Origin: a virus
DNA: 50,224 bases
Direction: 5' to 3' (one strand)
IMG/VR virus record: IMGVR_UViG_3300028549_002200
The notes beneath the pieces are model-generated. The model was not told the origin of the DNA and did not search any database. It saw only the letters and a program-made list of their open reading frames with translations. This document shows positions 7,300-13,070 of this stretch, piece after piece. How positions within the stretch are numbered: position 1 is the stretch's first letter; every line of letters begins with the position of its first letter. The translations under genes and the position numbers were made by a program.

Positions 7300-7668
7300 T
7301 TAGTTCCATGAATCTTCAAGTGTTGGTTTTGTTGCTTTTGCCGGCTTTGCCTTTTTTGCTCCCCAATTGTCATCTTCTTCCTCTACTTGTTTCTGTCTTG
7401 GTTGTGCTGCTGGCAAAGCTATTCTTTCCGATCCTGATGTGATTGCGTTTTCCGGCTTCTTTCTTGAATCTTTCTCGATTGACAATACGACTCCCGGCAT
7501 ACATGCAAGCGTGATAAAACTTCCTGTTTCGTCTTCTTGCCATGCGATACACTTGTGATTACAGTCTACCATCGGGTTCTTGTGGCACTTTGCCTTGATA
7601 TACCGTCCTGCTTTTACCAAGTTTACGTTGCCTTGTCCGTTCACATACACGTTTTGAATGTTTTCCAT
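7300..7668 (-). CDS. Hypothetical 122-aa protein, 4 Cys, basic C-terminus
   Basis: TAGGAGGG upstream of the ATG. Part of the co-oriented gene array. Confidence 0.55.
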   Translation of the reverse strand: MENIQNVYVNGQGNVNLVKAGRYIKAKCHKNPMVDCNHKCIAWQEDETGSFITLACMPGVVLSIEKDSRKKPENAITSGSERIALPAAQPRQKQVEEEDDNWGAKKAKPAKATKPTLEDSWN

Positions 7669-7669
7669 T

Positions 7670-7918
7670 TTACCCTCCTATTGGGTTTTTTGTTATTTCT
7701 TTGAACTCTTTTGCAACCGTTGGCATTCTCCTTTCTATGGCTACAAGCCGGTATACCAAGATTGCGTGTGGGAACATATCTACGCCTGTTTCTTTTTCTT
7801 TTTCTCTTTCTGTTTGCATTGCTTCTTCGATGTTTTCTGCTTCTATCATTCTTTGTAGCTTGTATTTTGGTTCCTCGTCCCATGTTTCTGTTGCTTTTAT
7901 AATTGCATAGCTTTCCAT
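7670..7918 (-). CDS. Hypothetical 82-aa protein
   Basis: ORF in the co-oriented gene array. Its stop abuts the next start. Confidence 0.5.
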   Translation of the reverse strand: MESYAIIKATETWDEEPKYKLQRMIEAENIEEAMQTEREKEKETGVDMFPHAILVYRLVAIERRMPTVAKEFKEITKNPIGG

Positions 7919-7928
7919 ATTTTACTTC

Positions 7929-8090
7929 TTATCCTTGTATGTATTTGAATCCGTGTTTAGTGAGTGCGCCTATTGCGCTCCATCTTTTAAGACCGATCTG
8001 GTCTTTGATGATGATGATTTTTTTGTCCATGTCAATATCTGCGAATCTTTCAACTCGTCTCAATGCTTCTTTAAAATCTAAGTGTTTCAT
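7929..8090 (-). CDS. Hypothetical 53-aa protein (MKHLDFKEALRRVERF...)
   Basis: Translated by hand. AGGAG lies 5 nt upstream of the ATG. ATGA overlap with the upstream small ORF. Confidence 0.4.
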   Translation of the reverse strand: MKHLDFKEALRRVERFADIDMDKKIIIIKDQIGLKRWSAIGALTKHGFKYIQG

Positions 8091-8248
8091 ATGATCTCCT
8101 TTATTTTATAATACACTCTTTTGGATAATCTTGTTGTTTCCCATATTGCCAATCTTGCTACCTGATATGTTAATGTTACGATGTATGCCACGAAAAATGC
8201 TGTTGCCATTCCCGCCATTATTACAAAAAACAAAGTTATTTCACCCAT
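8087..8248 (-). CDS. Hypothetical 53-aa single-TM peptide (MGEITLFFVIMAGMATAFFVAYIV...)
   Basis: Translated by hand. GGAG lies 8 nt upstream. Overlaps both neighbouring genes. Confidence 0.4.
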   Translation of the reverse strand: MGEITLFFVIMAGMATAFFVAYIVTLTYQVARLAIWETTRLSKRVYYKIKEII

Positions 8249-8588
8249 GACATTTTCTCCTTTTTCTTTGTTTGAACATTATCATTAAGCTTACCACTGC
8301 TGATACGATTGACCCTGCCACCATTCCTGCCAATCCTGTTACTCCGAATAACCATCCGTAAAATACCAAACAAGCTGTTCCCAGTGCAAAGAATCTGAAA
8401 TGCCATACTGCTTTTGCCGCCCATTTTATTCCTTTGATAGACATTGGGATTACTGTGTATATTTCCCATTTTTTTAACTGTATTTTTTCTTTGCTTGCGT
8501 CCTTCCATGCGGCCATTAACTCGCATATATCTATGATCATTGCGAATACCGTTGCTCCGACCGCAATAATCATGAACGTTGCGTTCAT
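8241..8588 (-). CDS. Membrane protein, 115 aa, about 3 TM segments
   Basis: GGAGGTG upstream of the ATG. Hydrophobic segments at the N-terminus and in LGTACLVFYGWLFGVTGLAGMVAGSIVSAVVSLMIMF. Confidence 0.6.
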   Translation of the reverse strand: MNATFMIIAVGATVFAMIIDICELMAAWKDASKEKIQLKKWEIYTVIPMSIKGIKWAAKAVWHFRFFALGTACLVFYGWLFGVTGLAGMVAGSIVSAVVSLMIMFKQRKRRKCHG

Positions 8589-8812
8589 ATAAACACCTCC
8601 GTTCTTGCTATTTCGTTTGAGTCGTGATAACCCGCTTCTTTAGTTACGCGGAACTTGATCTCATAGATCTTTAGTCTATCTTTACCCATTAACTCTTCTT
8701 TGGCACGCCATGAGAAGCAATGTTCTCTCGGCCCGATGAAGAGTTCTGTGAATAATCCTCTTTCTTTGTCTATCCTGCATACGCAGAATTTGGAGAAAGT
8801 ATAGCTCTTCAT
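8585..8812 (-). CDS. Hypothetical 75-aa protein
   Basis: ORF with ATGA overlaps at both ends. Confidence 0.5.
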   Translation of the reverse strand: MKSYTFSKFCVCRIDKERGLFTELFIGPREHCFSWRAKEELMGKDRLKIYEIKFRVTKEAGYHDSNEIARTEVFI

Positions 8813-9069
8813 TTTAGATCTTCTCTCTCTATGTTAGAAATTATCCCTTTGATTTTTTCCAACTGTACTTGGTTGATTGCAAGCGTTATTGCATTTACGA
8901 ATGATTGTGCCATTGTTTCTGCCTGTTCTTTATCATTCGCGATCACTGTCATATCCATTTCTTCTCTATCGATATACGCTATCAGCCTTACTTGCGGGGT
9001 CATTTCCAAGCCCGCATCGCCTGTTTCAGCGATCTCTCCATCTATGATTTCAAAATATTTCATCGTCAT
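8809..9069 (-). CDS. Hypothetical acidic 86-aa protein
   Basis: Start set at the ATG that has AGGAAG 5 nt upstream; the ORF-track start at 9072 is a GTG. Confidence 0.5.
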   Translation of the reverse strand: MTMKYFEIIDGEIAETGDAGLEMTPQVRLIAYIDREEMDMTVIANDKEQAETMAQSFVNAITLAINQVQLEKIKGIISNIEREDLK

Positions 9070-9307
9070 CACATCTTCCTATTGCTTCGAATATTACTTC
9101 TGCCCATTTTCCTGTTAGCGTATCAACGATGTTTTTTTTCTTTAGGACTGTTATTTCTCCTCCGGCTAAGTCATATCCTTTTGCGTCTCCATTTTCATAG
9201 AGAACGCCTATGATAAAAACGTTATCTCCGTCTTTATCTTTTGCATGCACTAATGCCGGTTCTTGTTTTCCCCTGAATATCCGTTTGAAGTTTTCGATCG
9301 GGTTCAT
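9050..9307 (-). CDS. Hypothetical 85-aa protein
   Basis: Start moved to MNPIENF, which has AAAGGAAGGG upstream. It is the first gene after the 9445..9477 terminator. Confidence 0.55.
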   Translation of the reverse strand: MNPIENFKRIFRGKQEPALVHAKDKDGDNVFIIGVLYENGDAKGYDLAGGEITVLKKKNIVDTLTGKWAEVIFEAIGRCDDDEIF

Positions 9308-9444
9308 TTTACCCTTCCTTTCTGAGATGGTCTGGTCTTCATCTCGATAAGAACAAACGAGAACACACAACAACACAAATAAGTAAGCAGGAAAAAAGGC
9401 TGTTCTCTTGCCAACCAATGGCATTTCTTGCTATCCTTCCCATT

Positions 9445-9477
9445 AAAAAAAAGGGAGAGGGGTTTAATCCTCTCTCT
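9445..9477 (-). terminator. Rho-independent terminator for leftward transcription, possibly bidirectional
   Basis: On the minus strand, a stem GAGAGG/CCTCTC with an 8-nt loop is followed by T8. The plus strand also has a T-rich tract after the stem. Confidence 0.45.
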
Positions 9478-9546
9478 CTTTTTCATTTTCAGTGAATACT
9501 TCTTCAATTTTTTCCAACAACGCTTCGATAATTTTATCTTCCATTT

Positions 9547-9786
9547 TTATTCCTCCTTTCTGAGCTGTTCGTTCAGCTCTTTTTCCACCATGTCTATTGC
9601 GCATGCATAAATATGATCGTCTTGATTATACTCACCTGTCGCTGCTTCGTAGATCCTGTCGTCTACGATTCTACAGGCCACAACTCTAAATGTTCCGTTT
9701 TCTTTTGCTATGATAAAGATCGAGCCGTATTCGCTTATTTTAGTTCCCGGGTATTCTTTACGTAAATATTCTTTTTCCTTTGTCAT
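9547..9786 (-). CDS. Hypothetical 79-aa protein
   Basis: AAGGAG upstream of the ATG. Confidence 0.55.
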   Translation of the reverse strand: MTKEKEYLRKEYPGTKISEYGSIFIIAKENGTFRVVACRIVDDRIYEAATGEYNQDDHIYACAIDMVEKELNEQLRKEE

Positions 9787-9801
9787 TTTTTCTCCTTTTT
9801 A

Positions 9802-9863
9802 AGGGCATTTCTATGATGCCCTCTGTTTTAGAAGATAGGGAGAAGGCGAAGCCGACTCCCTAT
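9802..9863. other. Two adjacent stem-loops: AGGGCAT/ATGCCCT (9802..9822), and ATAGGGAG/CTCCCTAT (9835..9863) with a nested GGC-GAA-GCC element
   Basis: Read directly. They lie between the 105-aa and 79-aa genes. No U-tract follows either on the minus strand. Confidence 0.5.
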
Positions 9864-9870
9864 ATTTCTT

Positions 9871-10188
9871 TTACCACAACTTTGTCTTTTTGACTGCTTT
9901 TGCGTCTTGGCTCTTGGCAAAGGTTACTACCTTTGTCAATTTTAGGGCTGTTAAGATATTATCCACAACTGCCTTATCGACAGTCGGGTCTATTACAACC
10001 TTGACGGTGCTGTTGGCTGCCTCCTTTTTGACGGCCGCGACGAATCTCTCGAGATATTCGTCGGGGACTTCACTGTCTTGTCCCAATGTTACCAGGAGGA
10101 TTCTGTTTCCTAATTGAGAGACTCTCGCCTCTCCACTAAAGAACGTTCTTTGATTCTGTGCCTGAGTGAACAGTAATGTGGTTGCCAT
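9871..10188 (-). CDS. Hypothetical 105-aa protein, first gene of the leftward arm
   Basis: Start moved to MATTLLF, which has GAAAGGAAC upstream. Visibly more GC-rich than its neighbours. Confidence 0.55.
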   Translation of the reverse strand: MATTLLFTQAQNQRTFFSGEARVSQLGNRILLVTLGQDSEVPDEYLERFVAAVKKEAANSTVKVVIDPTVDKAVVDNILTALKLTKVVTFAKSQDAKAVKKTKLW

Positions 10189-10223
10189 ACAAGTTCCTTT
10201 CCGCCATTCTTTCATTCTTTGAT

Positions 10224-10471
10224 GGCTGTTAGGTTCATCAAGCACCATGCCCAATGAACATAGACAAGTAGACAGGAAATAAAAGGCTGTTAGGCTGTCC
10301 GTTATGCCGATGTGTAGGTGTCATCGAGGACATATGATGCGAGGTGGACAAGGGGTTACGGCTGTCGTCCGTCGCTCCTCACGTGAGAACACGGCGTGCT
10401 CTGGTTAAAGGAAGGCTTGAGAGGCTGTCCGTGTTTCCACACCCGACGAAGGAGGGGGGGGAGGGCTGTCC
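10224..10471. repeat. Six dispersed copies of GGCTGT(T/C) in a GC-rich non-coding island
   Basis: Copies at 10224, 10285, 10293, 10360, 10423 and 10464. Four of them extend to GGCTGTC(GT)CC. The island also contains a G8 run at 10454..10461. Confidence 0.7.
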
Positions 10472-10500
10472 CTGTTGCGATAGCGAACAAAAAAGCCTCT

Positions 10501-10528
10501 CTCACATTTTGCGATAAACAAATGTGAG
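10501..10528. other. Perfect 9-bp stem hairpin CTCACATTT-(10 nt)-AAATGTGAG
   Basis: Read directly. Lies between the GC-rich island and the AT-rich tract 10596..10740. Confidence 0.5.
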
Positions 10529-10854
10529 TTATGTGGTAAAGCGTTTCCCAAGCATGCTTGTATTCTATACTGCTTCCACGTGAGGGCTAAGGAACGAAAA
10601 AAATAAAAAAATGATTTTATTATTTTATAAGGCATCCTTATTAATAAGATATAATACGATATCCTTAATTATATGTTATTAATATTAAGAGCAGGTGTTG
10701 TGCCAAACTGTGTGGTGTAAAATATTTTTTTATCGAATATGTGGATATTGTTATAGATAGGATAAACGGCGGCGGATGTGGTGGTGTCTGATTTTCCAAT
10801 GTTTGACAGGAAGTTGGCAGGAAATGCTCTTGTAAATTATTGATATTGTGGTAG

Positions 10855-10893
10855 TTGCCAATTTTGGCAGAACATGTTGCCGAAATTTGGCAG
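10855..10893. promoter_or_regulatory. Two tandem near-palindromic sites, TTGCCAATTTTGGCAG (10855..10870) and TTGCCGAAATTTGGCAG (10877..10893)
   Basis: Read directly. A half-site TTGGCAG lies at 10814. Related copies lie at 42699..42714, 42749..42767 and 9407..9422. Confidence 0.55.
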
Positions 10894-10922
10894 GGATTGG
10901 CGTGTATATTTTTTATTGGGTA

Positions 10923-10951
10923 TTGACTTAATGGGAGGATGTCGGTATTCT
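10923..10951 (+). promoter_or_regulatory. Sigma70-like promoter candidate for the rightward late block
   Basis: TTGACT, then 17 nt, then TATTCT. Lies about 23 nt upstream of the TerS-like ATG and its GAGGAGAGAGGTG ribosome-binding site. Confidence 0.35.
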
Positions 10952-10973
10952 TTACGAGGAGAGAGGTGATGGC

Positions 10974-11570
10974 ATGGCTAAAAAGGCACCTGTGATTGAC
11001 AGTGAATATTTAGAACTCGATACATTATTAGAAGAGGTAATGGTTGAGTTTGAGACGAATCCGCAATATTTTCAGGCGATGGAAATATTTGTGAAGCGGA
11101 GAATATCATACCGTGATTTCGAGCGGCGGATCGCTAACTACCCGGAAATAAAAAAGAAGATGGATATTTTAGAGGAAATGGAAGAGGCCCGGATAATCGA
11201 GAAAGGCATGCTCCGCAAGGGCGATCCATACATGTCGCAGTTTATTCTCGAAAGAAAATACGGATACAACGAACCGCGGAAAAAGATTAAATCGAGCCGA
11301 GAACTCGTAGAGGACATGATTACTGATGTAGCCGCGCGCAGATCGACGGCCGGTGGTAAATTCGCGGAAGAAGAAGATACTTTCGACATACTTGCGGAAG
11401 GTGGTGATGATGATGACGGAGACGATCTCAGCGATGACGAGCCACTCAATGCAGAAATTGAAGAAGAAACAGCCCGTGGAAAAGCGATTGAAGTTGCCGA
11501 GGACGATTACGACGAAGACGCCGATTTCCAAGCCAGAAAAGTCGCAGCGAATAAAAAGAGTAAGCGATAG
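10974..11570 (+). CDS. terS: Putative terminase small subunit, 198 aa, very acidic C-terminal tail
   Basis: First gene of the rightward block, immediately upstream of TerL. The helical N-terminal half includes FILERKYGY. The call rests mainly on position. Confidence 0.5.
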   Translation: MAKKAPVIDSEYLELDTLLEEVMVEFETNPQYFQAMEIFVKRRISYRDFERRIANYPEIKKKMDILEEMEEARIIEKGMLRKGDPYMSQFILERKYGYNEPRKKIKSSRELVEDMITDVAARRSTAGGKFAEEEDTFDILAEGGDDDDGDDLSDDEPLNAEIEEETARGKAIEVAEDDYDEDADFQARKVAANKKSKR

Positions 11571-13068
11571 TGTTCGTGAATACATATCAAATGTCACCGA
11601 TGACATCCATTTAACGCCAGAGACATCACTCCAAGAGGTTTACGAGTATTTTTGGAACATAGAAAATTTTGCTAAGTTGTTCCCGGAGCATTGTTACTAT
11701 GATTTCTGTGATATGCACCGGGAAATACATGCCGACCTTGAAGAATGGCCTAAACTCTATGCGGTGGCGGCACCGCGCGGAACCGCAAAATCAACCAATA
11801 TAACATTTTTAAGAACAATGCACGCGATCGCATTCAGGTTGGAAGAATTTATCCTCGTTATTTCCGGGACAGAAGAGCAGTCTGTTGCGTTTTTGCAGGA
11901 CTTGCGAAACGAGTTTTCTACCAATGACATCTTTTGCGAACTGTTTGATCTGACTCTCACCAGAGAATCGATGACCGTCCTTGAAATTAACGGTAAAATG
12001 TTTATTCAGGCACGCGGCCGTGGTCAAAAGATACGTGGAAGACGTTACAAACATTTAAGACCAACATTGATTCTTCTTGATGACGCGGAAGACGATGAGA
12101 GCGTATCTACTCCTGAGCAGCGCGAAAAGGTTGATAGATGGTTTTGGAGACAGGTGTTCCCGGCAATCCATCGTCAAAAAGGGAAAATATGGGTCGTTGG
12201 AACTATTCTTGAAAGCCATTCGTTGCTTGCCAAGCTGATCAAAAATAAGTCATTCAAAAGCAAGTTGTTTTCAATTACTACAAACGGGAAAATTGACGGT
12301 GAATCAATATGGCCGGACATGTTCCCTAAAAAAGTAATAATGTCTATGTACAACGCCATGAAGCGCAGCGGGAGAGAGCAAGACTTCTTTACTGAAATGA
12401 TGAATAAGCCGTTGATGGATGAGAACCGCCGCTTCAAAGCATCTTATCTTGATTTTTATGATTATAAAACTCGCCATGAATTGATGTCTGAGTGTAGGGT
12501 TTATATGACTGTCGATCTTGCGAGAAAAGCCGGTGCCAATAACGATGACACTGCTATTGTCATTGTTGCAGTGCATCCAGATGGAGGTAGATATGTTCTC
12601 TCAATTGATGCGGACAAAACTGATGCTCCTGAAACGGTTAAAAGAGTTGTGGATGCTATTGCTACTTACCGCCCTCATGCCGTGGGTATTGAAGAAGAAG
12701 CGTTCTATCTTGGATTAAAAGGGCAGATAGATTCCGAGTTGCGTAGGCGTAGATTGTATGTTATAATCGAACCCATAAAGCACGACAACAAAAGGAAGAC
12801 CGACAGGATTATGAATACGCTTCTGCCGCAATTCAAATTGAAGGAATGGAAATTCCCGAAAAACAAACCGGCTTGGTATATGGATTTCTTAAGCCAATAT
12901 CTTGAATTTAACCACACGATCAAAGAAAATGAAGCGGATGATATCTTGGATGCAATGGCAATGTTGGAAAAGCTATTGATTGCTTATCCAACACAGCGTT
13001 ACGCAAGCTCTGCGGAAAGCGCAACGAGCATACGCGGAACTGCTATCAAAAAATATATTGGGAGGTAA
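11407..13068 (+). CDS. terL: Terminase large subunit
   Basis: Walker A-like AAPRGTAKST and Walker B-like TLILLDDAEDDE. Nuclease-domain acidic motifs MTVDLA...DDTAIVIVA and DDILDAMAM. Start is uncertain: ATG triplet at 11407..11415 after GGAAGGTGG, while the ORF is open from 11353. Confidence 0.85.
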   Translation: MMMTETISAMTSHSMQKLKKKQPVEKRLKLPRTITTKTPISKPEKSQRIKRVSDSVREYISNVTDDIHLTPETSLQEVYEYFWNIENFAKLFPEHCYYDFCDMHREIHADLEEWPKLYAVAAPRGTAKSTNITFLRTMHAIAFRLEEFILVISGTEEQSVAFLQDLRNEFSTNDIFCELFDLTLTRESMTVLEINGKMFIQARGRGQKIRGRRYKHLRPTLILLDDAEDDESVSTPEQREKVDRWFWRQVFPAIHRQKGKIWVVGTILESHSLLAKLIKNKSFKSKLFSITTNGKIDGESIWPDMFPKKVIMSMYNAMKRSGREQDFFTEMMNKPLMDENRRFKASYLDFYDYKTRHELMSECRVYMTVDLARKAGANNDDTAIVIVAVHPDGGRYVLSIDADKTDAPETVKRVVDAIATYRPHAVGIEEEAFYLGLKGQIDSELRRRRLYVIIEPIKHDNKRKTDRIMNTLLPQFKLKEWKFPKNKPAWYMDFLSQYLEFNHTIKENEADDILDAMAMLEKLLIAYPTQRYASSAESATSIRGTAIKKYIGR

Positions 13069-13070
13069 AT

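Noticed and set aside
7370-7910. Multiple overlapping 60-80-aa ORFs on both strands (for example 7367..7558, 7641..7883, 7658..7858, 7701..7910)
   Set aside because: They are alternative frames of the 122-aa and 82-aa genes, have low-complexity basic or hydrophobic translations, and lack ribosome-binding sites.
9304-9507. A 67-aa minus-strand ORF, and a 26-codon ORF (9464..9544) with a strong ribosome-binding site
   Set aside because: - The 67-aa ORF spans the terminator hairpin and the promoter-like region.
- The 26-codon ORF is plausible in context, with AAAGGAGGAATAAAA before the ATG, but it is too short to support from sequence alone.
10222-10472. Diversity-generating retroelement or retron non-coding RNA as an explanation for the GC-rich repeats
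   Set aside because: The genome has no reverse-transcriptase ORF (no YxDD-type protein), and there is no template/variable repeat pair matching a coding region.
10405-10635. A 76-aa minus-strand ORF in the GC-rich island
   Set aside because: - It reads through the G8/C8 run as PPPPP.
- It has no ribosome-binding site.
- It spans the hairpin and the repeats.
- Its composition differs from every other gene.
- I treat it as non-coding.
10866-10881. Sigma54-like promoter reading of TGGCAG-aacatg-TTGC
   Set aside because: - The GG-to-GC spacing is one nucleotide longer than the strict -24/-12 consensus.
- The first element reads TGGCAG, not TGGCAC.
- The pattern is better explained as the junction of two palindromic sites.
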